64,000 nucleotides of DNA from Chloroflexota bacterium (GTDB lineage: Bacteria > Chloroflexota > Dehalococcoidia > Lucifugimonadales > JADFKI01), in contig JAQBUT010000004.1 in the NCBI GenBank assembly GCA_027623195.1, positions 64,001 to 128,000 of the forward strand. Reading direction: 5' to 3'. Position numbers and translations under genes: made by a program. Below are positions 39,066-49,071 of the stretch, piece by piece. The notes beneath the pieces were generated by a model. It was not told the origin of the DNA, did no database searches, and saw nothing but the letters and a program-made list of their open reading frames with translations. Within the stretch, counting starts at the first letter, position 1. Every line of letters starts with the position of its first letter.

Positions 39066-39434
39066 TTACGAGGCTTTCTCAGGCTGCTGTAGCAGTTGCA
39101 ACGTATTGCCGTCGGGGTCAAGTAATGTGGCGACCCATCCGCCCCAATGCTCCTGCTCAGGTGGGCGCACGAACTCCACGCCCTTGGCTGAAAGAGTCTT
39201 GTAGGCGTTCTGGATATCCTCAGTGCCCAGATTAATCATCACCCGCTCCGGCTCCACGGTCCTGCCGCTCACATGCTCGTGAGTGCCTATGCTGAACCTC
39301 ACCTCGCCCAACTGGAAGGCAACGAAGTAGGGGCGCACTGAGTGCACGGGAAAGCTCATCGTGTCTCTGTAGAACTCCGTCATCTCGTCCAACCTGTCCG
39401 TCCAGATGATGACGCCGACAACTCCATCTATCAT
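39066..39434 (-). CDS. VOC/glyoxalase family protein
   Basis: EFYRDTMSF, GVEFVRPP, WGG, DPDGNTLQL. Confidence 0.88.
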   Translation of the reverse strand: MIDGVVGVIIWTDRLDEMTEFYRDTMSFPVHSVRPYFVAFQLGEVRFSIGTHEHVSGRTVEPERVMINLGTEDIQNAYKTLSAKGVEFVRPPEQEHWGGWVATLLDPDGNTLQLLQQPEKAS

Positions 39435-39604
39435 ATCGATTTCCTTTGCTTATTCATGAATACGATGGTTAGTCCAAACATCATGTTATTTGCCAATAGC
39501 CGGTCGGTCAATCCGGCGGTCAGCGGGGGCGGATCAACCAAGAAACACACAAATTCAACTCATAGGTTATTTCCAAATACCGGATTTGCAGTTATAATGG
39601 CACT

Positions 39605-39764
39605 TGGAGACATGGATGTTGATGATGACAGTTTTTGGTTGGGTCTCTAGAAAGGAGGATGTTACATTGGATAGACGTACGGGGGGGTGCCCCAGGTAGG
39701 TGTTCCCTTGGGCACCTTCTTAACGTAAAGGCCCGTTCGCTCAGTCGGACGGGCCTTTACTTTT
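39605..39764 (+). ncRNA. Candidate small RNA or micropeptide transcript
   Basis: TATAAT at 39593-39598, two hairpins and a strong terminator, on the strand opposite both neighbours. Confidence 0.5.
39725..39764 (+). terminator. Intrinsic terminator
   Basis: GTAAAGGCCCGTTCG-CTCAGT-CGGACGGGCCTTTAC-TTTT. Confidence 0.8.
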
Positions 39765-39892
39765 GTCTGGATTACGGGCAGGCCACGCTTGAAACAAGGG
39801 GCTTAGGCCTGCCAGAGGAGATCAAATCCAGTGAACGATTGGCACGGAAGCCATCCATTTTGGGAAACTTCAGTCGTATAGGCCGGTTGAAA

Positions 39893-40267
39893 TTAATCCG
39901 GCAGCTTGGTTGACTGCCAGGCCACCATCTGCCAACCGTCGTTCCTCTGCACCCAGACGTCGGTGAATCGCACGCCGAAGTCCAGCTTCTGGCCACGCGT
40001 GGAGACCTTGAACCGTGCTGTGCCTGTTACCACTCCTGACGAACCGTAAACCCTAGCTTCCACATCCGCCGGGGTAATAGAGTCGAAGGTAGTGGCACCA
40101 ACCTCCATGCCCCCTATCAGGCTCTGCTTGGTGTCTACCCTGGCTGACGAATGAAAGTAGCTGAGCTCATCAGCGAGTAGGGCATTCAGCGTAGTCACGT
40201 CCCCACCAACCATGGCATTCATACGACTTGCGTCAAGATCAATTAATGTCTGCTCTGTTCCTGGCAT
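39893..40267 (-). CDS. NTF2-like DUF4440 protein
   Basis: LLADELSYFHSSARVDTK, RFTDVWV, WQMVAWQST. Confidence 0.88.
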   Translation of the reverse strand: MPGTEQTLIDLDASRMNAMVGGDVTTLNALLADELSYFHSSARVDTKQSLIGGMEVGATTFDSITPADVEARVYGSSGVVTGTARFKVSTRGQKLDFGVRFTDVWVQRNDGWQMVAWQSTKLPD

Positions 40268-40356
40268 TCTACATTTCCCCTTCCGATAATATTTTCCCCC
40301 ATTCGGTCTCCGATCACTGGCCTACCGTTAACGCATGGGTCTAAAATCTCTATTGT

Positions 40357-41310
40357 CTATTTCTTACCCTCGAAGAAGCGACGAGGGTTATCCACCATTA
40401 TCTTGTTAATGTCTTCTGGCGACGCGCCCAACTCCTGGAGCCTGGGCAAGACGTTACGGGTGATGAACAGGTAGCTGTCGGGATTATTTGCGTCCCGGAC
40501 GGCCCTGGCCTCGCGATGAGCAGGTATGCTGGCTACGGACCAGTCGTGGCCAAGCATGATCCGGTCCACGAAACCTGCCTCGATGAGCTTGTAAGTAGTC
40601 TCGGTACGCGCCTCCCAATTGGGAAGCTCCGGCCGAGAGCCTGGGTTCCGGTCCAAGCCTATCCAAACGCCCTTCTCCAGCAGGCCGGTAAGGTAGCCCA
40701 AATCCGTCGTGTCGTTGCTATGGCCCACGTAGACCCGATTAAGATCTACACCCTCGTCTTCGAATATACGGACCTGCTGCTCCCCCACCCGTTCAGGGGC
40801 CCACGTATGCGATGATATAGGCACTCCCGTGGCCTTTTGTGCTCGCGCGGCCGCCCGGAGAATAATCTCCCCCTCGTTGGTCACGCCGCCCATGTCGTTG
40901 GCCACCTTAATGATGCTGGCCCTGATGCCGGTTCCTTCGATGCCCTCTTCGATTTCCCTGATGAACAGCGGCGCTATGGCATCTGGAGAGGCGGTCCAGA
41001 AAACTCGGGGAATGTCCCGCCAGACGCCGGTGGCACAGATGATATTGACGCCCGTCTCTCTGGAGACCTGTTCCAGCATACGAATATCCCGACCAAGGTC
41101 TATAGTGGTAACGTCGATTATGGTGCGAAGGCCTTCGTTATAGGCCTCCGTAAGGTCGTGAATGGCCCGCGCTATCGTGCCATCACGGTCTATGAATTCC
41201 GGATATAGCTGCTGGATGCTCGCCGATGAGGTGATTACATGCTCGTGGGACAGGGTGAATCCCATGTCGGCGGTGTCCATTGGCCCCAAAACAGAATTAA
41301 TCGTGGCCAT
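40357..41310 (-). CDS. Phosphotriesterase-like amidohydrolase/lactonase
   Basis: INSVLGP, LSHEH, IIKVA, SSHT, VGHS, GHD, DNPRR: full binuclear metal ligand set. Confidence 0.92.
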   Translation of the reverse strand: MATINSVLGPMDTADMGFTLSHEHVITSSASIQQLYPEFIDRDGTIARAIHDLTEAYNEGLRTIIDVTTIDLGRDIRMLEQVSRETGVNIICATGVWRDIPRVFWTASPDAIAPLFIREIEEGIEGTGIRASIIKVANDMGGVTNEGEIILRAAARAQKATGVPISSHTWAPERVGEQQVRIFEDEGVDLNRVYVGHSNDTTDLGYLTGLLEKGVWIGLDRNPGSRPELPNWEARTETTYKLIEAGFVDRIMLGHDWSVASIPAHREARAVRDANNPDSYLFITRNVLPRLQELGASPEDINKIMVDNPRRFFEGKK

Positions 41311-41313
41311 GAA

Positions 41314-42096
41314 TTATGCCTCCAGAACTACGGGGTTGCTGAGCACGCCGATGCCGTCAATATCCACCTCACAGGTGTCCCCTGGCTTCATGTTTTGCGT
41401 GGCTCCGTCGGTGCCCATCCAGACCATGTCGCCAGGAACAAGCGTGATGTGCTGGGTCATTACGCTGAGGTAGTGCGCAACGCCAAAGATCATATTGTTA
41501 GTGGGGAAGTCCGAAACGACTTCGCCGTTAACGCGAACCTGAGTTCGTAGCTTATCAAGCTCCACATCCGTTTCAATCCACGGCCCCATAGGCTTAAAGG
41601 TATCGGAATTCTTGGAGCGCCACATTGTCCGGTCAGCGGACTGCCAGTCGCGTTCGCTCACATCGTTGCCTATGGTGTAGCCCAGAACACAGGACAGCGC
41701 GTTGGCCTCGGTCAGATGCTTAGCCTGCTTGCCAATGACAACTACCAGTTCGCCCTCGTATTGGAAACGCTCCCCAGCGTCTTTGGGCTTCACGATAGCT
41801 TCGTTATGTGCAATCAGTGCATTGTTGGCGCGATAGCCAATGTCTGCCTTGTCCGGTAGGTCCGGCTCCCGCCCAAGTAGCTTGGCAGCCTCTCGCACGT
41901 GCTCTTCGTAGTTAATGCCCGCCGCGTAAAAGGTCTTGGGCTCAAAGGGAATTAGCAGTTTTACTGAATCCAGGGACCGGGTGGTGCCAGTCTCGCTGTA
42001 GCTCTCAAATGGGCTGCCCGTAACCTCGCTAATCTGCTCGCCGTTTAGTATGCCAAACGACGTATTTCCGTCTGCCTCGTAACGTACCCAACGCAT
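41314..42096 (-). CDS. Fumarylacetoacetate hydrolase family protein
   Basis: GINYEEH, YEGELVVVIG, GYTIGNDVSERDWQ, SKNSDTF, MGT. Confidence 0.92.
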   Translation of the reverse strand: MRWVRYEADGNTSFGILNGEQISEVTGSPFESYSETGTTRSLDSVKLLIPFEPKTFYAAGINYEEHVREAAKLLGREPDLPDKADIGYRANNALIAHNEAIVKPKDAGERFQYEGELVVVIGKQAKHLTEANALSCVLGYTIGNDVSERDWQSADRTMWRSKNSDTFKPMGPWIETDVELDKLRTQVRVNGEVVSDFPTNNMIFGVAHYLSVMTQHITLVPGDMVWMGTDGATQNMKPGDTCEVDIDGIGVLSNPVVLEA

Positions 42097-42174
42097 TTTT
42101 CACCCCTCCTTCAATCTCTTATTCAAATCTTGATATCAATCGGCTATTTTTTCGATCTACTGAAGACGTGGTGC

Positions 42175-43287
42175 CTATCGCTCCGCGTTCATCAGCTCCT
42201 TTGCTATGGGCAAGACATCCGATGCCACCCTGCTGCACTCCTCGACGTGGGGGTAGCCGGAAAGGATGAACTCATCGATGCCCAGCCGCCAGTAGCCCAG
42301 TAACTCCTCCGCCACCTGCTGAGGCGAGCCCACTATTGCCGTGCCACAGTTGACCCGCACCGTAGAAATTCCGTTCCACAGGTGGGCTCCGACCCTGTGT
42401 TCCTCGACAACCTGGGCCTGCGCTCTCTGCCCCACCATAGCCGTGCCTGCGAACACGGCCTGTCTTTGTCCTTTCACCACCGTTTCTGCTCTGGACAGCA
42501 GATCCCCGGCAGCGTCCCAAGCCTGGCTCTCAGTGTTGCGAACGATGATGTGGGTGCGAAGACCATGAACTCCCTGTCGGCCCGCCGCCTGGAACTGCTC
42601 GTTGGCCCTGCGGATATGCGTCTCGATGCCTTCTAGCGGCATGATCCAGGCCAGATATGTGTCAGACTGCCTTCCCGCCAAACCCAACGCCGCATCGGAC
42701 GCCCCTCCAAGGTAGAACTTCGGGCCATCGCCTACTGGACCTGGCGAGCAGATAGCGCCGTTCAGCCGGATGTGCTCCCCCTGGTAGTCCACAGGCTCAG
42801 GAGAACCAGCCCACAGTTTCCGGCAGGCCTCAATGAACTCCTCAGCTCTGGCGTAGCGGTGCGCGTGGTCCGAGACCTCTCCCATACGTTCGAAGTCGCC
42901 CTGGATGCCGCCGGGGACAACGTTGAGGTCGATGCGGCCTTCGCTGATGTTGTCCAGCGCTGCAGCCATCTGCGCGAAAAGGCCTGTAGATATGAAGCCG
43001 GGCCTGACAGCCACAAGAAAGCGTATGCGTTTGGTGACTGCTGCCAGCGCGGTCACGGTGGTCCAAGTCTCTGCCAGCGGCTCCCGCTCCTCGAACAGGC
43101 CATTGGCGAAGCGGGTAGGAATTAGCAGCGAGTAGTAGCCCTCGTCCTCAGCCGTTTGCACCACCTGTTTGAGGTATTCAAAGGTCGGAGGACGCTCAGC
43201 CTTTAACGTGCCTATGTGCTCGCCATCGCCGTCAATAGGCACGAACCAGCTAAATCTAGGCTCAGGTCTGTTATTCGATAATGTCAT
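42175..43287 (-). CDS. Luciferase-like (LLM) monooxygenase, SsuD-like
   Basis: WFVPIDGDG, LLIPT, FLVAVRPG, YLGGASD, FILSGYPHVEE. Confidence 0.9.
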   Translation of the reverse strand: MTLSNNRPEPRFSWFVPIDGDGEHIGTLKAERPPTFEYLKQVVQTAEDEGYYSLLIPTRFANGLFEEREPLAETWTTVTALAAVTKRIRFLVAVRPGFISTGLFAQMAAALDNISEGRIDLNVVPGGIQGDFERMGEVSDHAHRYARAEEFIEACRKLWAGSPEPVDYQGEHIRLNGAICSPGPVGDGPKFYLGGASDAALGLAGRQSDTYLAWIMPLEGIETHIRRANEQFQAAGRQGVHGLRTHIIVRNTESQAWDAAGDLLSRAETVVKGQRQAVFAGTAMVGQRAQAQVVEEHRVGAHLWNGISTVRVNCGTAIVGSPQQVAEELLGYWRLGIDEFILSGYPHVEECSRVASDVLPIAKELMNAER

Positions 43288-43311
43288 GAACAGGCATAGC
43301 CTCCGTTTTGG

Positions 43312-44343
43312 TTACTTCTTTAATTCACTGAGGCCAAACGCCTCGGCCACCAGTTCATACGAGCGCACCCTGTCCTCGAAGGCGTAGCAGATTGTCACGA
43401 TGCCAACGTCGTCGGTCTTGTACAACTCCGCTACTGCTTCAATCTTCTCCCTTACCTGTTGGGGGTCGCCGTCGATGTAATGCTCGCGTAGCTGGTTGAT
43501 GTAGGCCAGTTCGTCGGGCCGGAACTGGTATGCCAGCGCCTCATCGATTGGCGGAACAGCCTCCCTCGTGCCCTGCACGGACTTCACCCTTGCAACGTTC
43601 CTACTAGAAGCAATTCGCTGCGCCTCTTCCTCTGTCTCGGCGCACAAGACTTGGAGGCCAACGTTTACCTTGGGCTCGGACAGGTACTTGGAAGGCTTGA
43701 ACTGCGATCGGTACATGTCGGCTATGAGAGGCCCTTGTTCCACGGCCATACCGAAAAAATGGGCAAAACTAAAGGGGAGGCCCATTTCTGCCGCCATGGA
43801 CGCGCTATCCGCTCTGGAGCCCAGCAGCCATACATCCGGAGCGGTGAACTCACCCGGCCCGGCATGCACGGATGCGAAGGGATGTTCCGGGTCCACACTG
43901 TTATTGAGAAAGCCTACGAGGTCCCGAACCTGGTCAGGGTAGTAACGTACGTCGATACGCTGGCGCGGGTGGGACAGCACTGCCGCAGTTAGCTGGTCGC
44001 TTCCCGGCGCCCTTCCCAGTCCCAGGTCGATTCTACCGGGGAAGAACGTCTCCAGCATGCGAAAGGTCTCCGCTACCTTGAAGGGGCTGTAGTGCGATAA
44101 CATCACGCCGCCGCTGCCCACGCGTATCGTGGATGTGGCAGCCGCGATCTGGCCTATAAGCACCTCGGGGGCAGTCCCTGCAAAATTGGCAACGTTGTGG
44201 TGCTCGGCGACCCAGTAGCGATGGTACCCCAAGCGCTCTGCCGCCTTGGCCAACTCTACCGTTTCCAGAACGGCGTCTCGGGCAGTGCCGCCCTGGCGCA
44301 CAGGCGACTGATCCACAACACTAAGCTTCAGGTTTGTCTTCAC
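43312..44343 (-). CDS. Luciferase-like (LLM) oxidoreductase, YhbW-like
   Basis: LSVVDQSP, YWVAEHH, IRVGSGGVMLSHYSP, GRIDLGLGRAPG. Confidence 0.92.
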   Translation of the reverse strand: MKTNLKLSVVDQSPVRQGGTARDAVLETVELAKAAERLGYHRYWVAEHHNVANFAGTAPEVLIGQIAAATSTIRVGSGGVMLSHYSPFKVAETFRMLETFFPGRIDLGLGRAPGSDQLTAAVLSHPRQRIDVRYYPDQVRDLVGFLNNSVDPEHPFASVHAGPGEFTAPDVWLLGSRADSASMAAEMGLPFSFAHFFGMAVEQGPLIADMYRSQFKPSKYLSEPKVNVGLQVLCAETEEEAQRIASSRNVARVKSVQGTREAVPPIDEALAYQFRPDELAYINQLREHYIDGDPQQVREKIEAVAELYKTDDVGIVTICYAFEDRVRSYELVAEAFGLSELKK

Positions 44344-44400
44344 ACATATCCTTTGTTTTGAATGTCAGGCAATTTCATTAACAACACACGCACGCGCAAA

Positions 44401-46095
44401 TTAGTCGGGCTTCGCCGTGTGCGCCTTCCAGCGATTGATGGCAGCCTGCCCTCGCGGACTGGACTGCCTCTGAATCTGCACATTAATTAACGAGGGCCGC
44501 TCCAGCTTCATGCAACGCTCGATAGCGTAAGGAAGGTCCTCCGGGTTTTCCACCATCTCGCCGTAGCCTCCCAGCCCTCGCACAACCTGATCGTAGCGCG
44601 TCGGCAGCAGGTCTGTGGCAACAGGCTTGCCATAGACTCCTATCTGAATCTGGCGGTCTATGCCCCATGCAGAGTCGTTACCCATCACGGCAACTATAGC
44701 AAGGTGATGGCGAACCGCCGTGTCGAACTCCATGCCGTTAAAACCAAAGGCCCCGTCGCCCGTAAATGCAAGCACCCGCCGGTTGGGATGAGCCAGCTTG
44801 CATGCCATAGCCGTGGGTATGGTGTGGCCCAGCATTCCCAGCGTCGGCACGTACCACCAGCTCTTGGGGACCCTCGCCGGCAGGTAGGCACGACCCCAGT
44901 GGCAGTAGTCGCCGCCGTCGAAAACCAGGTAGTCGTCCTCGGCAAGATTCTGGCGTATGGCCTTGTGCACCGTCATAGCGTGTAGCGGGACCTGGGGCTC
45001 GGCAAACGTTTCCAGGTGCGCGTCCCACTCCTTGCGGGCCTCCGATAGCACTTTGAGCCAGGGGAGGTCTTTCCAGGTGTGCTTGGCCGCCTCGGCTGTT
45101 AGCTGCTCCACAACCGCGCCGACGTCGCCAGCTATGCCAACGGCAACGCCCCTGTTACGGCCAATCTCAGCTTCGGATGGGTCGATCTGGATTATCTTGG
45201 CATTTGCATTTATCACGGGCGGCATTGCGTAGCCCATAATCAGGTCCTGCTTACGACCCATCAGCACGACCACGTCGGCGTCTCCCACCATCTGCGCCGC
45301 GCGGTTAAGCGCCCTGTCGAAGAAGCCGAAGCAGTACTGGTGCTCGTCGGAAACCAGTCCCCGCGCGTCACCCTCCGTCATTAGTGGCAGCTTCGTTGCC
45401 TCAATAAATTTGGCCAGGTATTCGCCGTTGCTGGTGTAGGCCGCCGCGCTTCCCGCTATAAGCAGAGGCCTCTCGGCGCTGTTAAGAATCTCGATAGCCT
45501 GGCGGACCTGGTCCTCGGACGCTCTGGCCGCCCCTATTCCGCGATATTCGGACGGCTCGTAAAATTTCACCTCGTCCTCGGATACGAACTCCTGCTGAAG
45601 GTCCACGGGTATGGTCAAATGGACTGGCCCTCGCCTGCCGCTGTAGGCCACCCTGACAGCGTGAGCAATCATGTCGGGTATGCGCCGGGGGTCGGTGACC
45701 ATCCACGCGCCCTTGGTAACGGGCTTGGCCATGCCTATCTGGTCGATTTCTTGCATAGCGCCGCGGCCAAGCTCGGAAATCTCCGCACAACCACTAATGG
45801 ATATCACGGGGCTGCCTGAATGCATCGCGGCGGTCAGGCCGGGTATGGCGTTGGCGAATCCTGGCGTGGTGTACATGACAACGCCGGGCTGTCCCGTAAT
45901 GCGCCCCCATGCGTCCGCCATGTGTACGGCCGCCTGCTCGTGCCGCGTGTCTACGAACCGAAAGCCCATGTCATCCATGTCGTTCATCACGGGGAGAACA
46001 TGGTCGCCTGCAATCCCAAAGACGTTCTTGACGCCCTCCAACTGCAAGGCCCTACCGATCAGTTGGCCCCCGCTGATTTTTCTGCTACTTGTCAT
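44401..46095 (-). CDS. TPP-dependent enzyme (2-hydroxyacyl-CoA lyase / oxalyl-CoA decarboxylase / ALS-like)
   Basis: DTRHEQAA, GAMQEIDQ, GDGAFGFNGMEFDT...GNDSAWG; GGAGG SD upstream of ATG 46095. Confidence 0.9.
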   Translation of the reverse strand: MTSSRKISGGQLIGRALQLEGVKNVFGIAGDHVLPVMNDMDDMGFRFVDTRHEQAAVHMADAWGRITGQPGVVMYTTPGFANAIPGLTAAMHSGSPVISISGCAEISELGRGAMQEIDQIGMAKPVTKGAWMVTDPRRIPDMIAHAVRVAYSGRRGPVHLTIPVDLQQEFVSEDEVKFYEPSEYRGIGAARASEDQVRQAIEILNSAERPLLIAGSAAAYTSNGEYLAKFIEATKLPLMTEGDARGLVSDEHQYCFGFFDRALNRAAQMVGDADVVVLMGRKQDLIMGYAMPPVINANAKIIQIDPSEAEIGRNRGVAVGIAGDVGAVVEQLTAEAAKHTWKDLPWLKVLSEARKEWDAHLETFAEPQVPLHAMTVHKAIRQNLAEDDYLVFDGGDYCHWGRAYLPARVPKSWWYVPTLGMLGHTIPTAMACKLAHPNRRVLAFTGDGAFGFNGMEFDTAVRHHLAIVAVMGNDSAWGIDRQIQIGVYGKPVATDLLPTRYDQVVRGLGGYGEMVENPEDLPYAIERCMKLERPSLINVQIQRQSSPRGQAAINRWKAHTAKPD

Positions 46096-46138
46096 ACCAT
46101 AGTCGCTCCTCCGGAAAACACCATTTCGTACCCTGGCA

Positions 46139-46252
46139 ATTGTATCTTCAAGGGCTGTACTGTCAAGTAAAGACATTTTTTTGTCTGAACGTTTTGGGGC
46201 GCTCAACAGGCAGAGTCGCTTCTTGACACAGACAGGCGCTGAGCCTAGACTC
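46139..46252. promoter_or_regulatory. Divergent promoters
   Basis: Minus strand TTGACA-16-TACAAT (46139-46166); plus strand TTGACA-17-TAGACT (about 46223-46251); ACAGGCGCT repeated twice nearby. Confidence 0.6.
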
Positions 46253-46315
46253 CGATTGCCTGTACAGGCGCTCCGACACTGTGTCTCGTAGCCGGTGATT
46301 AAGATAGGAAAGCCA

Positions 46316-47566
46316 ATGACTTCACAAAATAAGCCAGCCGCATTGCAGGGCATCAAAATCGTCGACTGGACCATATGGCAGTTCGGGCCCATCGCATCCA
46401 CCATGCTGGGAGACCTGGGCGCTGACGTCATCAAGATCGAGTCGCTGGACGGAGACCCAGGCCGCACCGTGTTCCGCGCCGGCGGCGTTGATCGCAGCCT
46501 ACCCGGCGGGCGCACATCGTATTTCGAGGCCATTCAGCGCAATAAACGCTCCATCGCCCTGGACCTCAAGAAGCAAGAGGGGGTAGATGTCGTCTTAAAA
46601 ATGGTAGAAGACGCCGACGTTTTTATCCAAAATTTTAGGAAGGGAGTTGCGGAGCGTTTAGGGCTGTCCTACGAGGTGCTTCGAGAGATTAATCCCAAGC
46701 TCATATACGCATCCGGGTCGGGCTACGGCCCCAAAGGCCCAGATGCAGAGATGCCCGCCTTGGACTCGGCTGCTCAGGCACGGAGTGGCCTAATGTACGC
46801 CACAGGACCGGACGGATCGGACCCCTACCCCATTCAAGGCGTTGTTGGCGACCAGATCGGCGGCATCACTTTAGGCTGGGGCATTCTCGCGGCGCTAATG
46901 GCCCGGTCCATCCACGGCATAGGCCAGCAGGTGGATGCATCACATCTCGGAAGCGCCATTTGGCTGCAGGGATTGGCGGTTGGCATGGGCCAGCTCACCC
47001 TGGACCGACCACCGTCCGAGATTAACAACAGCTACCACTCACCAAGAGACGCCGCTTTCAATCCTCTGGCCAACTACTACAAGTGCAAGAACGACCGCTG
47101 GATCATGCTTGCCAACTTCCAGGCAGACCGCTACTGGGCCGATTTCGCCCGCGCATTGGGCATCGAGGAGCTTATCGACGAGCCGAGGTTCCACGACATG
47201 GACGCGCGCGGAGAAAACAGGGGCGAGCTGATCGCCATATTAGACAAGAAGTTCTCGGAAAAGACCTACGAGCAGTGGGCGGAAATCCTGGCAAGCTCAG
47301 GCGACTTTATCTTCTCGCCCGTGCAACGGCTATCGGAGCTTAAAGACGACCCGCAGGTGATCGCCAACGGCTACATCGCCGACGTCGACCATCCGACGCT
47401 GGGGCCGGTCAAGCTAGCCGACCACCCCCTGCGGTACAGCGAGACTCCTCACAGCATCCGCACCGTGGCCCCAGAGCTCGGCGAGCACACCGAAGAGATT
47501 CTTCTGGAGATGGGCTACGACTGGGACGCGATTGCCAGCTTACAGGAGAAAGGTGTGATTTTGTGA
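46316..47566 (+). CDS. Class III CoA-transferase (CaiB/Frc family)
   Basis: LGADVIKIE, GDPGR, RNKRSIALDLK, QNFRKG, ALDSAAQA. Confidence 0.92.
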   Translation: MTSQNKPAALQGIKIVDWTIWQFGPIASTMLGDLGADVIKIESLDGDPGRTVFRAGGVDRSLPGGRTSYFEAIQRNKRSIALDLKKQEGVDVVLKMVEDADVFIQNFRKGVAERLGLSYEVLREINPKLIYASGSGYGPKGPDAEMPALDSAAQARSGLMYATGPDGSDPYPIQGVVGDQIGGITLGWGILAALMARSIHGIGQQVDASHLGSAIWLQGLAVGMGQLTLDRPPSEINNSYHSPRDAAFNPLANYYKCKNDRWIMLANFQADRYWADFARALGIEELIDEPRFHDMDARGENRGELIAILDKKFSEKTYEQWAEILASSGDFIFSPVQRLSELKDDPQVIANGYIADVDHPTLGPVKLADHPLRYSETPHSIRTVAPELGEHTEEILLEMGYDWDAIASLQEKGVIL

Positions 47567-47592
47567 GGGTGAAAGGTTAATTTGTTGGGCCT

Positions 47593-47619
47593 GCCCTTCG
47601 AAAAGCTCAGGGCAAACGG
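47593..47619. repeat. REP-like element
   Basis: GCCCTTCGAAAAGCTCAGGGCAAACGG, related to the reverse complement of 5491-5513; a degenerate copy lies at 11688-11714. Confidence 0.6.
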
Positions 47620-47866
47620 ATTTCACCCCGCATATAGCAGCAGCGGGCACTAGGTTGATATAATGTAGCCGTCATGTTTGTTCATACAGGTGTGGCCACG
47701 CTCCGGGATGTTCCACCGTCGCCGGGGCATTTTTTATGAACTCAATCATCCCCTAGCTCCCATGAAGGCGCAGACCGACACCGCGTAGGCCATTGACAGA
47801 GGCAAGGCCTTGCCATAGCCTGAAATAGGTGCCAGATTGGCATAGGTTTTCGGAGGTACGGCCCTT

Positions 47867-48856
47867 TTGACGACACTCGTGACCGGTTGCGCAGGATTTA
47901 TAGGATCTAACGTTTGCCGCATGCTTACGGACAGCGGCGAGACTGTTGTAGGCGTGGACAACATGAACGACGCCTACGACGTTCGCCTGAAGCACTGGCG
48001 CATGGGCGAACTAGAATCCAGGCCTAACTTTCACTACTACCACCGCGACCTTTCAGACCTTGGCTCCATGAAGTCGCTATTCGTCAAATACGCCGCCGAA
48101 AGCAACCCACCCTTCGCATCCGTCATCAGCATGGGCGCGCGGGCAGGGGTTCGTCCCAGCGTGGAGAATCCGTGGGTCTACTACGAGGCCAACACACTGG
48201 GCACTCTGAACCTGCTTGAGCTATGCAAGGACTTCGGCGTCAAGAAGTTCGTGCTCTCATCCACATCCAGCGCGTACGGCGACAACACGCCAATGCCGTT
48301 CAAGGAAGACGCCAACACCAGCAATCCCCTTTCGCCATATGCGGCCTCCAAGAAGGCTGCCGAGACCATGGTGTTCACCTACCACCATTTGCACGACATA
48401 GACGCCACCGTGCTCCGTTACTTCACCGTGTACGGTCCGGCCGGGCGACCCGACATGAGCATCTTCATTTTCGTCCGGGCCATAGCGGAGGGCCTACCCT
48501 TTACGGTGTTCGGCGACGGTCAGCAGTCGCGGGACTTCACATTCGTTGAGGACATTGCCAGGGGAACCATAGCGGCCACCAGGCCGGTGGGATACGAGAT
48601 AGTTAACCTGGGCAACGACAAACCCGCAGTGCTCATGGATGTCATCAACATGATCGAGGACATGCTGGAGAAGAAGGCCAACATCGGCCACAAGCCCATG
48701 CACAAGGCCGACGTCCGTGCCACCTGGGCCAACATCGACAAGGCCCGGGACATTCTAGGGTGGGCGCCTCAAGTCCCCCTGGAAGACGGCCTAAAGCGCA
48801 CAGTGGACTGGTATATGAAGAACCAGGACTGGGCCAAGGACATTATTGTCGGTTAG
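47867..48856 (+). CDS. NAD-dependent nucleotide-sugar epimerase (UDP-glucuronate 4-epimerase-like)
   Basis: TGCAGFIG, ARAGVRPS, YAASK, RYFTVYGPAGRPDM. Confidence 0.92.
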   Translation: MTTLVTGCAGFIGSNVCRMLTDSGETVVGVDNMNDAYDVRLKHWRMGELESRPNFHYYHRDLSDLGSMKSLFVKYAAESNPPFASVISMGARAGVRPSVENPWVYYEANTLGTLNLLELCKDFGVKKFVLSSTSSAYGDNTPMPFKEDANTSNPLSPYAASKKAAETMVFTYHHLHDIDATVLRYFTVYGPAGRPDMSIFIFVRAIAEGLPFTVFGDGQQSRDFTFVEDIARGTIAATRPVGYEIVNLGNDKPAVLMDVINMIEDMLEKKANIGHKPMHKADVRATWANIDKARDILGWAPQVPLEDGLKRTVDWYMKNQDWAKDIIVG

Positions 48857-49071
48857 GCTTAGGACCGGTCCTACGTTCCTGAGTTTTGACCCTTATTCGG
48901 GAATATCTTCAGACTCACCACTTACAACACAAGAAAGTCGGCGGAGTCTTGATTGATTTCTGACAGAGCCTCAAAATGGCTTGACCGAATACTCACATTC
49001 AGTCAATTCCAAATAATGATGGCCAATAGCGTCAGGCACTAGTGGGGATAAGGACTGTGGATACTGAAGGC

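Noticed and set aside
46096..46533. Long N-terminal extension of the 710-aa TPP-enzyme ORF
   Set aside because: It overlaps the divergent CoA-transferase and both promoters; the SD and family start fit ATG 46095.
47659..47741. TATAAT followed by a hairpin (GTTCATA/TATGAAC, GCTCCGG/CCGGGGC-ATTTTTT) and a 21-aa ORF
   Set aside because: No -35, SD or recognisable riboswitch; it may simply terminate the CoA-transferase transcript.
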